The notes under the pieces: generated by a model
Told to the model about the DNA's origin: nothing
Databases searched by the model: none
Seen by the model: the letters and a program-made list of their open reading frames with translations, nothing else
Source: a virus
Direction: 5' to 3' (one strand)
Virus record (IMG/VR): IMGVR_UViG_3300022602_000051
Coordinates: 33,957 to 97,956 of that record
DNA length: 64,000 nucleotides
Translations under genes and position numbers: made by a program
Part shown: in pieces, positions 1 to 12,300 of the stretch
Layout of the letters: every line of letters starts with the position of its first letter
Position numbering within the stretch: position 1 is the stretch's first letter

Positions 1-2535
1 TACGGTCAACAACAAGGTATTGCACCATCAAATGGCAACAATAGCAGCAGTGCAGGTCCATATGGCGCAGCCAACAACTTTGGTAGCAGTATGATTCAAC
101 AAAGCTATGGACCAATGACTAATAATATACCACCTGTTACATATAATAACGCTATAGCTACAAGCAGTGGTCAAGGCAGCCAATACGCAAGCACTTCGCC
201 ACAGCCTACAACACCTGGCACAAGTTATCTTGTTAGCGGTGCTATTGCTGGCGCAGTTGCTGGCATTGCTTATGGCACGGGCGCAAGCTTTGATGTAACT
301 GATCTATCGCCAGGCAATAATAGTAATCCAAACTATTCTACTGGTGAATTACAAAACAATCCAGGCAATCTTCCATATAACGCAAGCGACACATATGCTA
401 TTGGATTTGCTAATAATATGGCTGTTTATGCTAAACCAGAACAAGGCATTGCAGCACTTGCAACGCTATTCCGCAATCTTAATACAAGCACATCTACAAT
501 GTGTATTGATTTGATTACTGCTTTCTTAAATGCACAAACAAACCAAGACCCAAATGTCATCAATATGACGCGCTACATGCAAACTAATTTAGGTATTAAT
601 AGTACAGATTATGTTGCGCTAAACGATCCTACTACGCTGCTTGGTTGGGTATCAACTGTAGTCAATTATGTTCAAGGCGGTTTAATTTACACATATGACC
701 AAATGGTCAGTGGTTGTGCGTTAAGTCTTAACGAAAGCAATACCACATTCCTTAATGGATTGCAGCCTATTACACAGCCTTGGCAAAATAATGGCGGAAC
801 TAATTCTTATAGCGGATTTGTTAATCCAGCAACTACACCAAGCGTTACTAATAATGGCAGCAGTCCACTACAACAAATTGCAAATCGTGTTATTACTGGT
901 CTTGTAAGCAATGCTGCATTTGGTATCGGTAATGCAATTGGTCAAGCACTAAATGGTCAATCAACAAGTGCAGTAAGCGCAGCAGTAAATTCTGGCACGG
1001 CTAATATTGGAACTACTGCTGGTCAATTAGCATATACTTCTTATCTTGGTCAAAGTGTAGGCAGCGGTCAATGCGTTGCACTTGTTCAAGCAGCGAGTAA
1101 TGTAGGCAATACAAGTACATGGGTTCCTGGCGCAAGTGTAACCAGTGGAAATCTACAACCTGGCACTGTAATAGCAACATTTGGTAGTGATGGCACATAT
1201 CAAAATGTATCAGGTCAAAGTCATGCTGCTATCTTCTTGGGTTATCAATATGACACAAGCGGACATATAAGTGGTATTCAAGTGCAAGATCAGTGGTCAG
1301 GACAGCCTTGTGGAACACGAGTTATTCCATTTAACCAAGGAACAGCAGAGAGTGGTGAAAACTTTTATGTGGTAACGCATGATGGTAACACAGCAATTCA
1401 AGCCAATGGTTCACCACAAGTAGTAACACAAAATCAAATTGATCAGATTAATGGTAACTCACCAACTTATAGTTCACAGTCACAAAATGTAAGTGGCAGT
1501 AGTCCAACAAGCGAATCAAACGCTTATAATTATGATAACAGCGGTTATCGTGATTTGAGCGCAACAGGCACAACTGGTCCAGTGCCACTACCACCAAGTA
1601 ATCCTTCGGTTATAAGTGCTAACAGTCCTACTGCAAGTAACGGCACAATTGCTTATAATGGTGGTGCTACTGCAAGCGACAACGTGGCTGCAAGTGTTCC
1701 AAATTATCCAGTTACACCACAAGGTGCTAATCCAGCAGATATTGCTGGTGGTGGTTTTGGTGCACCAAGCAGTGGCAGCGGCGGCGTAGCATATCAACAG
1801 ATTACATCACTGCAAGGGTTGCAACGAGTTTATGATCCTACAACTGACAGTTACAATTTTATTGGTAAAACAAGCAATGGTTCTACTGTAAGTATAAGCC
1901 AATCAACAGTAGATCAGCTTACAATACAAGGTCAAGATAAAGCAAGTCTCAATGAAATTGGTGTTGATGGACTTTATCAAATACAACAAAATAATGCAGC
2001 GGCTACAAGTTCAACTGATTATAGTGGCGTTGTAAATCAAGGTGTCAGTTCTACACCTACCCCAAGCACTGATTATGTTCCACTTGATCCAGGTATTGCG
2101 GCACAACAGCACAATTATGCGAATGATACAAGCTATTTGTATGATACAACAGCGCGTCGTGACCCAATTGCGAGTCCAGATGCTGCTGCTTATGGCGATA
2201 GTTACAGCGCAACAGTTGTAAATGCTCCAACTGCTACACCAACACGAATTGCTGCAAATCCTGGTGATATTGCAACTGGCGGTTATGGCACAGGCGATAA
2301 TCAAAGCGATACAGACAGTTATATTCAACCACCACCACAAACTGTTACACCACCAACCACTTCTAATCCAGGTGACTTGGCAAGTGGCGGCTTTGGTAGT
2401 GGCAGCAGCGGTGGAACAACATCAGTTGCACCTATAACTGGCAATCAGCCAGCACCAGCAACTGGCGGTCAAACTGGTGCGCAAACTGCACCAGGCGGCA
2501 GTGCTGATACTGGTGGCGCTGGTAAGAGTTGTTAA
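1..2535 (+). CDS. Baseplate hub/spike-like virion protein (5'-partial) with a degenerate NNPGN lysozyme-like domain and a Tae/BPSL0067-like peptidoglycan amidase domain
   Basis: Frame is open from base 1 (YGQQQGIAPS... runs into the ATG at 91), so the gene starts outside the window. Contains NNPGNL...AVYAKPEQGIAAL and GQCVALVQ...PGTVIATF...SHAAIFLG. Lies directly upstream of the gp25-like gene. Confidence 0.6.
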   Translation, partial: YGQQQGIAPSNGNNSSSAGPYGAANNFGSSMIQQSYGPMTNNIPPVTYNNAIATSSGQGSQYASTSPQPTTPGTSYLVSGAIAGAVAGIAYGTGASFDVTDLSPGNNSNPNYSTGELQNNPGNLPYNASDTYAIGFANNMAVYAKPEQGIAALATLFRNLNTSTSTMCIDLITAFLNAQTNQDPNVINMTRYMQTNLGINSTDYVALNDPTTLLGWVSTVVNYVQGGLIYTYDQMVSGCALSLNESNTTFLNGLQPITQPWQNNGGTNSYSGFVNPATTPSVTNNGSSPLQQIANRVITGLVSNAAFGIGNAIGQALNGQSTSAVSAAVNSGTANIGTTAGQLAYTSYLGQSVGSGQCVALVQAASNVGNTSTWVPGASVTSGNLQPGTVIATFGSDGTYQNVSGQSHAAIFLGYQYDTSGHISGIQVQDQWSGQPCGTRVIPFNQGTAESGENFYVVTHDGNTAIQANGSPQVVTQNQIDQINGNSPTYSSQSQNVSGSSPTSESNAYNYDNSGYRDLSATGTTGPVPLPPSNPSVISANSPTASNGTIAYNGGATASDNVAASVPNYPVTPQGANPADIAGGGFGAPSSGSGGVAYQQITSLQGLQRVYDPTTDSYNFIGKTSNGSTVSISQSTVDQLTIQGQDKASLNEIGVDGLYQIQQNNAAATSSTDYSGVVNQGVSSTPTPSTDYVPLDPGIAAQQHNYANDTSYLYDTTARRDPIASPDAAAYGDSYSATVVNAPTATPTRIAANPGDIATGGYGTGDNQSDTDSYIQPPPQTVTPPTTSNPGDLASGGFGSGSSGGTTSVAPITGNQPAPATGGQTGAQTAPGGSADTGGAGKSC

Positions 2536-2538
2536 ATA
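2533..2538 (+). promoter_or_regulatory. T4-like late promoter core (TAAATA) overlapping the upstream stop codon
   Basis: TAAATA lies 5 nt before ATG 2544; the same motif recurs before most structural genes. Confidence 0.55.
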
Positions 2539-2543
2539 CTACT

Positions 2544-2930
2544 ATGGCTCTATACAAAGGTTACAGCAGTGTAAATCGTGATTTTGGTCCTTTTGCTATC
2601 AATGATAATGATCTGATAGTTCAAGACCTGCTAAATCACTTAAGTATTCGCAAAGGTGAAAAACTACACAATCCAAGTTTTGGCAGCATTATTTGGAATC
2701 GACTGTTTGACCCACTTACACCAGCACTGCAAGCAGAAATTAAGAACGATATTGATGCAATTATAAAATATGATCCACGATTTAATGTTGTTTCTCAAAC
2801 AGTAGTTCAAGAATCACCAGATGGTCGTGGATTGATATTAAATTTTAGTTTGAGTTTTGCCACAGATAACAAAATAGCTGACCTTTCTGTATTATTTGAT
2901 AAATCCAGCAATCAACTTTACGTGCTATAA
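2544..2930 (+). CDS. Baseplate wedge subunit, gp25-like
   Basis: LIVQDLLNHLSIRKGEKLHNPSFGSIIWNRLFDPL...YDPR is a GPW/gp25 pattern. Start moved to ATG 2544. Confidence 0.85.
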   Translation: MALYKGYSSVNRDFGPFAINDNDLIVQDLLNHLSIRKGEKLHNPSFGSIIWNRLFDPLTPALQAEIKNDIDAIIKYDPRFNVVSQTVVQESPDGRGLILNFSLSFATDNKIADLSVLFDKSSNQLYVL

Positions 2931-2955
2931 TAATAGTCGCATATTATTATTAAAA

Positions 2956-2961
2956 TAAATA
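2956..2961 (+). promoter_or_regulatory. Late promoter core TAAATA
   Basis: Intergenic TAAATA upstream of a GAGGT SD and ATG 2976. Confidence 0.6.
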
Positions 2962-2975
2962 CTTTGAGGTTCATA

Positions 2976-5900
2976 ATGGCTACTAATTCTCGTCAAACAA
3001 ACATATTTGCTGCTGAAGATTGGAAAAAGGTTTATACTACCTTTTCTAATGCTGACTTCCAAAGTTATGACTTTGAAACTCTTCGCAAGGTTATGGTTGA
3101 TTATATCAAAACTTATTATGCAGAAGATTTCAATGACTTTATTGAAAGCAGTGAATATGTTGCGCTGTTAGACCTTATTGCATTTATGGGTCAAAGTGTT
3201 GCATTCCGCACAGACCTTAATGCTCGTGAAAACTTTCTTGACACAGCAGAACGTCGTGATAGCGTCCTGAAACTGGTAAAACAACTTAACTATGTTCCTA
3301 ATCGCAATGTGGCTGCAAGTGGCTTGCTTAAAGTGGTTAATATCAGTACTACAGAAAATATCTTTGATATCAACGGAACAAATTTAAGTCGTGTCACCGT
3401 AAACTGGAACGATGCAAACAATCCAAGTTGGGTTAGCCAATTCACACAAATTCTTAATGCAGCTATCAGCAGTAGCACAAAGATTGGCAAACCATTTGCA
3501 AGCAAGAAGATTAACGGAATCCGCACAGAACAGTATAATGTTGCTATTCCAAATACTATTCTGCCTATCTTTGCTTTTAATAGCACTATCAATGATGTGA
3601 ATACAGATTTTGAAATTGTAAGTGCTAATATTACAAACAGCGATACTATTAGTGAATATGATCCTGGCACACGCGGTCAATTTGGTATTGTTTATCAAAA
3701 TGATAGTCGCGGTAATGCAAGTGCAAACACTGGATTCTTCTTATATTTTAAACAAGGCACACTTAATTCAACAGATTTTATTATTACTGAAAAAGTAGCA
3801 AACCGTGTATTTCCTATTAATACAGCAAATATCAACAACAGTGATATTTGGATGTATGAAATTACCAATGGAACTATTGGAAATGAATGGACTCAAGTGC
3901 CAGCAACAAGTGGCACAAGTGCAATCTATAATAGCGTTGCTCGTGGTATTCGCACACTGTATAGCGTTGATACACGCATCAATGACCAGATTGATTTAAT
4001 ATTTGGTGATGATACTTTTAGTGATATTCCACTTGGCACTTATCGTGCATATTATCGTGTAAGCAATGGCTTAACCTATCGCATTACGCCAACTGATATG
4101 GCAAATATTAGTGTTGCTATTCCATATATTGATTCAACTGGTAAACCACAGACACTTACAGTAAGTGCAAGTCTACAATATACAGTTAGCAATTCATCTC
4201 GTCGTGATTTAACAACAGAAATTAAGCAAAAGGCACCACAGGCATATTATACACAAAATCGTATGGTAAATGGTGAAGATTATAATGTATTTCCATATAC
4301 AAGCTATAGCGATATTGTTAAAGTAAAGAGTGTAAATCGTTATGCAAGTGGCGTTAGTCGTGGTCTTGATATCACTGACCCAACTGGCAAATATACTTCA
4401 ACTGATTTGTATGCTCGTGATGGCGCACTTTATAAAGATTCATATAACCAATCACTGAACTTTACATATAATAGTCGCAATGATGTGATTGATGTAATCA
4501 ATAATCAAATATTGCCTATTATTCAAGACTACCCAATGCGTCATTTCTATTATGAAAACTATACACCATTGGATTTTACAGCATTGCAACCTACAATTTG
4601 GTCACAAGCAACCAATGATACAACTACATCAACTGGTTATTTTTTAGATGCAAACAACACTGCCAATGGACCGCAGCAAATTGGCACTTCAACAACAAGT
4701 TATCGTAAGTTTTTGCAAGTGAATAGCTTGATTAAATTTACTGCACCCACTGGTCAATATTTTAATGCAACTAACACATTGATTACGGGCACTCCAACAC
4801 TAACCACAGACAAAACATACATTTGGGCAAGTATTCAAAATATTACTGGCACTGGCGCATCTACTGTGCTGGTCGCTGGTCGTCAAATTGGTGGCGTTAC
4901 GCTAAGTGAAGCTATCCCAAGCGGTGCTATCGTTAGTGAAGTATATGTTCCGTTTGCAACAACATTCCAGTATTCAACTATCAACACAATTGTAAGTTAT
5001 ATCCTTAATAAAACTGAATTTGGTTTAGTTTATGATTATAATAAAACTGCTGGTGTAAATGATCCTTGGACCATTATTCCAATCAGTAGTGTTAATACAA
5101 CCAACCCATTTAATCTTGCAAGTCAATACACAACAAACGATAGCAGTTGGATTTTTCTTTTTACAACAAATAGCCAACAATACACTGTGCAATATCGTCA
5201 GTTAGACTATGTGTTTGGCAGCCAAAGTCAAGTTAGCTTTATTAGCACAAATCCTGCTGCTGTATATGATGCTGCAACAAATACTCTTGTTCGTGATAAT
5301 ATTCGTTTGACGACTGTTAACAGCGGCTTAAGTGCCGATGTTAACATGAATGTTTATAAAAATTACACAACCAGTGATGGCTATGCTGACAGCACTCGTG
5401 TTTATGTCACATATCCTATTAGTTCTACAAGTGGTTTGCCAACCGATCCAGATATTTTCAGTGAAACAAATACAAGCAATACACTTGTATTCTATCAACA
5501 ATATATTGATAGCGATAATCTATTGCGTTATGAACTGCTATCAACTGGAACTATAGTTGCCATTTATAATACACTTGCAGACATTACATATGTTCGCAAT
5601 AACTTTACTGTTGGAACTGTATTCTATGCACTCACAGACCAGATTTTCTATCAAATACAGTTGGTGAATAATGTGAACACAATTGTTAATGTAAACTCAC
5701 AATATCTTGTATTCTCTGGTCGCCAAGATTTGGTATTTGAATATGAACATAATGCTGAAAATACTCGTCGTCTTGATCCTGCTGCGACTAATCTTATTGA
5801 CACTTATATTCTTACAAGAAGTTATGATGAAAGTTATCGTAACTATGTGTATGACAATACTGGCACAGTTGCGAAACCCGCTGATTTAGATAGTGTTGAA

Positions 5901-6365
5901 CTTAACAGCAGCTATAGCGGATTGTTTAATTACAAAATGATTAGCGATGAAATGGTTCTTAATCCAGGTGTGTATAAATTACTATTTGGCGCAAAGGCAG
6001 ATGTTACACTACAAGCTAATCTGCAAGTTGTTAAAAATCCAAATACAACTCTAAGCGACACTGAAATTAAATCGCGTGTTATTGATACTATCAACAATTA
6101 TTTTAGTTTAGATAACTGGGATTTTGGTGATACATTCTACTTCAGTGAATTAGCAGCATATTTGCATCAGGAATTAAGCAGCTATATCAGCAGCGTTATA
6201 TTGGTTCCAATTGGAAGCAATAATTATTTTGGCAGTCTCTATGAAATTCGTTGTGAGCCTAATGAAATCTTCTTAAGTGCAGCAACAGTTGATAATATTC
6301 AAATCGTTCAAAGCGTATTAAGCGGTATCAATACTGCTGGCGTTCAGTTATATCAGGGTTATTAA
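2976..6365 (+). CDS. Baseplate wedge protein, gp6-like
   Basis: N-terminal DFETLRK...ENFLDTAERRDSV...LNY, internal TQNRMVNGEDY and C-terminal WDFGDTFYFSEL are typical of gp6-like wedges of large myophages; follows gp25. Confidence 0.8.
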   Translation: MATNSRQTNIFAAEDWKKVYTTFSNADFQSYDFETLRKVMVDYIKTYYAEDFNDFIESSEYVALLDLIAFMGQSVAFRTDLNARENFLDTAERRDSVLKLVKQLNYVPNRNVAASGLLKVVNISTTENIFDINGTNLSRVTVNWNDANNPSWVSQFTQILNAAISSSTKIGKPFASKKINGIRTEQYNVAIPNTILPIFAFNSTINDVNTDFEIVSANITNSDTISEYDPGTRGQFGIVYQNDSRGNASANTGFFLYFKQGTLNSTDFIITEKVANRVFPINTANINNSDIWMYEITNGTIGNEWTQVPATSGTSAIYNSVARGIRTLYSVDTRINDQIDLIFGDDTFSDIPLGTYRAYYRVSNGLTYRITPTDMANISVAIPYIDSTGKPQTLTVSASLQYTVSNSSRRDLTTEIKQKAPQAYYTQNRMVNGEDYNVFPYTSYSDIVKVKSVNRYASGVSRGLDITDPTGKYTSTDLYARDGALYKDSYNQSLNFTYNSRNDVIDVINNQILPIIQDYPMRHFYYENYTPLDFTALQPTIWSQATNDTTTSTGYFLDANNTANGPQQIGTSTTSYRKFLQVNSLIKFTAPTGQYFNATNTLITGTPTLTTDKTYIWASIQNITGTGASTVLVAGRQIGGVTLSEAIPSGAIVSEVYVPFATTFQYSTINTIVSYILNKTEFGLVYDYNKTAGVNDPWTIIPISSVNTTNPFNLASQYTTNDSSWIFLFTTNSQQYTVQYRQLDYVFGSQSQVSFISTNPAAVYDAATNTLVRDNIRLTTVNSGLSADVNMNVYKNYTTSDGYADSTRVYVTYPISSTSGLPTDPDIFSETNTSNTLVFYQQYIDSDNLLRYELLSTGTIVAIYNTLADITYVRNNFTVGTVFYALTDQIFYQIQLVNNVNTIVNVNSQYLVFSGRQDLVFEYEHNAENTRRLDPAATNLIDTYILTRSYDESYRNYVYDNTGTVAKPADLDSVELNSSYSGLFNYKMISDEMVLNPGVYKLLFGAKADVTLQANLQVVKNPNTTLSDTEIKSRVIDTINNYFSLDNWDFGDTFYFSELAAYLHQELSSYISSVILVPIGSNNYFGSLYEIRCEPNEIFLSAATVDNIQIVQSVLSGINTAGVQLYQGY

Positions 6366-6368
6366 TAA

Positions 6369-9300
6369 ATGGCATCAAAGCGTAAAAGTATTAATTTTTT
6401 ACCACAGGTTTTTAACACTCTTGGCAACAAGAGATTCTTAAATGCTACTATGGACCCTCTTATTCAAGAACCAAGCTTGAAGAAGATTTATGGTTACATT
6501 GGTGAACAAGACCAAAGCCCTGTTTTTAATAAAACCGATTACTATATTAATGAAAGCGACAACTATTCACAGTTCTATCAGTTAGAACCAGGCGTTGTTA
6601 TTAATAAGCGTCAGTTAGGAACAAATACCTACAAGATTGACAATGTTTATAACTATGTGGATTTGCTAAACCAAATAAGTGCTGATGGCGGATTAAACAA
6701 TAACCATGACCGTCTGTTCACTAACCGCTACTATAGCTATAATGGCTTTGTTGATTTAGATAAACTAACAAACTATCGTCAGTATTATTGGGTGCCTGGC
6801 GGTCCACTGCCTGTTGATGTTACTGCTAACGCAACTGCAACACAACAAGATTTTTATATTCATCGCAATAGCTATATTGCTAACAACGAAACTGAATTAC
6901 AAAGCGCAGCACTTGGCGAAACTGGCTATAGCGTTGATGGCTATACCAATGTTGTTAATCCAACTATTACACTTGTTCGTGGTGGCGTTTATAATTTCCA
7001 TGTTAATCAAGGCACACAGTTTTGGATTCAAACTGAAATTGGAACAAGTGGCGAAAGCAGTGTCCAAAACAATATTTCAACACGCGATGTATTGGGCGTT
7101 GCAAATAATGGCGATGAAAGTGGAACTATTACATTTTCTGTTCCACTCGCTACTGCACAAGATTACCTGATAAATTATCCAACACTTACACAAACTGTTG
7201 ATATTATTATTGATGGTATCACATATGACCAACTGCAAGGTCAAAACTATGATACATTTATTCAATCTAACAGTTTAGATGGTGTAAAAAGTTTTGATGG
7301 AAAGTATGTTGTATTCACAAGTGTAACTGGTTTCACTGGCGTTGATACAAGTCAGTATGGTGGTGTGTGGCAAATAAATGTTGATAACAGTGCAACACTG
7401 CCAAATGGTGATGTAAATCCTGATTACAGAAACATGAATCTAACCTACATTGCGCCTTGGACTAATCTTTACAAAGTATTTGTAAGCCAAGGTGATGCGT
7501 ATGGTCACGTTTATGCTTATAAAAATAACGTTGGCGTAATTACAAAGTTCCCAACCCTAAGTGCAGCACAAAGTGTTCTTTATTACTGTGATGGTGAAAA
7601 TCCGCTTGTTTATGGAACAATTCGCCTTGTTGACCCTACACCAAATAGCCTACTTAATGTTAATGATATTATTGGAAAAACAAACTACACAAGTCCAAAT
7701 GGTGTTCAGTTCACCACAGGTTTGAAAGTAAAGTTTGTTGGTTTAGTTGTTCCAAGTGAATACCAAAACAATGAATATATTGTTGAAGGCGTTGGCAGTG
7801 CTATTAAACTTATCAAGTATAGTGACCTTGTTACACCCGAAACAATCAACACCAATCTTGGCGTTTCTTATGGAAATGGTCAAGGATTTGATGCTGATGG
7901 AACTGGTTATGACGGTGCATCAAATAGTCCAGAAGAAAAAGATTACATCACAATTAATCGCGCAAGCGTAGACGGCAACAGTTGGAGCCGCAATAACCGT
8001 TGGTTCCATCGCGATGTGCTGCAATATGCTGCTGATTTAAACAATATCAGTTATAGTTTTGACAATACCGAACAAGCCAAGCGTCCTATTGTTGAGTTCT
8101 TGCCTAACTTAAAGTTATTCAATTATGGCACAAACTATCGCGGTAGTGTAACTTGCATCGACAGCGTTACTACAAATGCGTTTTCACAGGTTGAAGGCTT
8201 TAACAGTTATGCTGTAAAAACAAATGGCGTTTTCAATAGCGATGGTATTCAGTTGCTCAACGGCGTCACTGTTATGTTTATTAATGATGCTGACCCAACT
8301 GTTCGTGCAACACTATACCAAGTGCAAAACAATAAAACACGCGCACCAGTAACTTCAAGTGTCCTTACTGATGGTTATTCACCAGCGGGCAGCACTGCAC
8401 TTTATATCAACAATTTAGGAAGCATAGTTGAAAGTCAACATGTTACTGGAACTGGTATTGCCCCAAATACAACTGTTGTTTATGTTGATACCACTAATAG
8501 CATTGTATATATTAACAATCCGATTACACAAGAAATTGCAAGTGGTTCAACTATTTTCTTTGATAACAGCTATGACCAAATTCATCTTGTTCCAATTAAA
8601 GTATTTGCAAATGGTGACACTGTTGTTGCTATGGAAGGCGATGTAAATCAAGGTAATATGTTCTATTATGTGGATGGCGTGTGGAATCTTGCACAAGTTC
8701 GCAATAGTCGTCCACAGTTTCCGTTATTTGATATTATCAATACCGATAGTGTGAGTTTGGGAGACCTAACTGCATATCCAAGCAGCACATTTACTGGCAG
8801 CAAGTTATTCGGTTATGCAATCGGTCCATCAACAGGAACACGTGATAGTGAATTAGGTTTCCCATTAGTTTATAAGAGCATCGGTAATCTTGGTGATATT
8901 GTATTCCAAAACTATTATCAAACCGATACATTTGATTACAATTTAAATCAAATTGACCAAAAAGTAAATGTTGATGTCGGTTATGCGGCAGTAATTAATG
9001 GATTCAACGATTACACTTTTGCTAATGGTTGGTATCGTGTAAGCGATAAAAGCAAACAATATATTTCTCAAGTATTCAATGCAACAGAAATATCACTTAA
9101 CAACTTTGACCTTGGCGTAGTTTATGAAAACAGTTACTATGAAAACAATATCTTTGTTTATGTAAACGGTGAACTGCAATCTAATAGCACATACACTCTT
9201 AAAACAAGCGCAACTACAAGCCTTATTGTTTTCAATCAGGATTTAAATGCGGGTGATCGAGTATTTGTTAAGGTATACGGGTTAACAAATCAGTATAAGC

Positions 9301-12300
9301 AAACTTACACTATGCCACGCAATCTAACAAATAATAGTGAAAACACAGAATTTACTACTATTACTCTTGGTCAGCTACGCAATCATCTTATTGAAATTGG
9401 TGATAATCTGTTAAATCTCGTCGGTGAACCAGCGGGTGCTAATAATTTTCGTGATTTGAATTTTAATTATGTTGGTGGTAAATTGCTGCAACACAGCGCA
9501 AGTATGCGACCAGCCGCGCTGCTGATTGCAAATAGTGATGTTGATCCTGTTCAAATTATTCGTTATGCAGCCGATAGTTATAACATTTTTAAAAATCAAC
9601 TGCTAAACTATATTAGCAATACACAGTTTCCTGATCCCACAAATTATCGTGCTTGTTTAGATTTAATTTTAAATCAATTCTATGCTTTGGGAAACAGCAG
9701 TTCTCCATTCTATTATACTGATATGGCACCAAGCGGAACCAACTATATCAATAGCACTTACACTGTTCAGAATACCAATTATCGCAGTTTTGGTTTAACA
9801 AAAACATATGATGCATTTACAAAAAACTTTGCATCCGTTATGGTTTATTGGAATGGAACACTTCTTATAAACAATCATGATTATATTATTACTAACAAAA
9901 CCATTACAATTGCATCAAGCGTTGATTTGGTTCGTGGTGATACTATTGCAATCAATGAATATGCAAGCACACTCGGTTGTAACATACCTGCAACACCAAC
10001 AAAACTTGGCATTTATCCAAAGTTTGAACCACAGATTGTAAGCGATGATACCTATGTGCCAGCAGAAGTGCAAGAAAATTTTGAGTATACTGTTAGTGGA
10101 ATCATCGGCCACGATGGCAGCTTTACAGTTGCTTGGGGCGATTATCGCGATAACATTCTTCTTGAATTTGAAAAGCGTGTTTATAATAACATCACTACAA
10201 CCTATGCAAATGATAGTGATGTAGATTTACCAAGCATTGTGCCAGGTGCTTTCCGACTAACTGATTATAGTATTGGTGAGTGGACCCAGTTGCTTGCACC
10301 AGCATACTTGCGTTGGGCAAATTCTAACAATGTAGATATCTTTACCAATAATACTGCAACAGGAAATCCATTTACTTGGAATTATAGCAGTGGTGTTGAT
10401 AAACTATTCTATACCAATGTGCCTGGTTACTGGCGCGGTATATACAACTATTTCTATGATACTGATAGACCACATACTAATCCTTGGGAAATGCTTGGAT
10501 TCAGTGAACAACCATCATGGTGGGAAAATCGTTATGGACCAGCGCCATATACAAGTGCTAATACAGTTCTTTGGGGCGATTTAGAACTTGGATTCATCTA
10601 CGGTGGCAATCCAAATGCTTCATATATTGATTCACGTTATAGCCGTCCTGGTTTAAGTCAAATCATTCCTGTTGATGAACATGGTAATTTGATTGCGCCT
10701 AATTTAAGTGTCATTACTCGTTATGATGCAAATCTTGCAACACAAAATTGGACAGTTGGTGACCAAAGTCCAGCAGAAACTGCATGGCGTCGTAGCAGCG
10801 ATTATCCATTTGCTGTAATGATTGCATGGTTCCTTGCACGACCAGCAGAGTGGGCAGCATTAAAATATAATACTCGTGATTTAGCTTATAATGCTTCACT
10901 TAATCAGTATATTAATTCAAATACTAATAATCGTGTATTTGATTTCAGTGTGACAAATGCGTCTAATTATATTCCAGGTTACAATGTTTGGTTACAAGAT
11001 TATCTTGTAAGCAACAATCTTGATGTAACAGAAAACTGGTTAAATGTTGTAAACAACAGCACATTCAATCTTGTTTATAAGATGGGCGCATATACAGACA
11101 AGAGCTATCTTACTGTTGTTGCTGACCAAGTAAGTCCACAAAGCACAAATAGTAGCGTTATTATTCCACAAGAAAACTATCGCGTTAAGGTGACAAAAAG
11201 CGCACCTGTTGCTCGTGCAATTTACAGCGCAGTTGTAGTTCAGAAAACTACTGATGGTTATCAATTAAGTGGGTTTGATAAAGAACGTCCATACTTCTTA
11301 ACTATTCCCAGTTTAGTAAGTGCAAACAATTATGGCATTACAGTTGGTAATGACACTGCTATAATCTATATGGACGCATCACCTGGCATTGTAAGCTATC
11401 CTTATGGCACTGTTTTTAACACTAAACAACAGGTAGTAGACTTTTTTGTAAGCTATGGTCGTTATCTTGAATCACAAGGATTCTCATTCCAAGACTTTTT
11501 AAGTGATAACACTACTAAACAAGATTGGACACTTGCAGCAAAAGAATTCTTATTCTGGGACCAACAAAGTTGGGGAACTAACACTGTAATAAGCGTGACG
11601 CCAACTGGAACATCGCTTACATTCAACAGTTCTTATGGCGTTGTTGATACTATAAGCAATACAAACAACTATACCAAAGTAATTGACAGCGATAATACAA
11701 CCCTAACTGGACGCGATTATCGTGTTTATCGTGATGACAATGATTTTAGCATTACCCTTAAGAATACACAAAAGGGTATTCACCTTTTAGATATTGCTAT
11801 TGTTCAGTATGAACATACACTTATATTTGATAATACAACTGTGTTTAATGATATTCTTTATGATGAGCAAACTGGTAGTCGTCAGTTTCGTCTGCGTATT
11901 GATGGCAGCAAGACACAAGACTGGAATGGTTCACTTTATGCCCCAGGCTTCTTTGTCAATGTAAGCGATATTCCTGAATGGGCACCATATACTGATTATT
12001 ATACTGGTGATATTGTGCTATTCAAAACACAGTATTATGCCGCACAAAACTTTGTGCCAGGTTCAGCATCTTTTAAAAGCAGTGATTGGTATGTAATCAA
12101 TGGTGATTTGCTATCCAAAGACCTGATTCCAAATATGGCATCGGGTGCAGCACAGTTCATCAACTTCCATGATCCAGATGCAACTGACTTGAACAGTGCA
12201 GCAGATGCGTTAAGCAAAAGTGAAACTGGTTTTAGTCCACGTCAATATTTTACTGATCTTGGATTAGATACAACTACTCAATATAAGTTCTATTTGGGCA

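Noticed and set aside
2927-2950. 9-bp inverted repeat ATAATAATA/TATTATTAT
   Set aside because: Purely AT and low complexity in an AT-rich genome; too weak to call a terminator.
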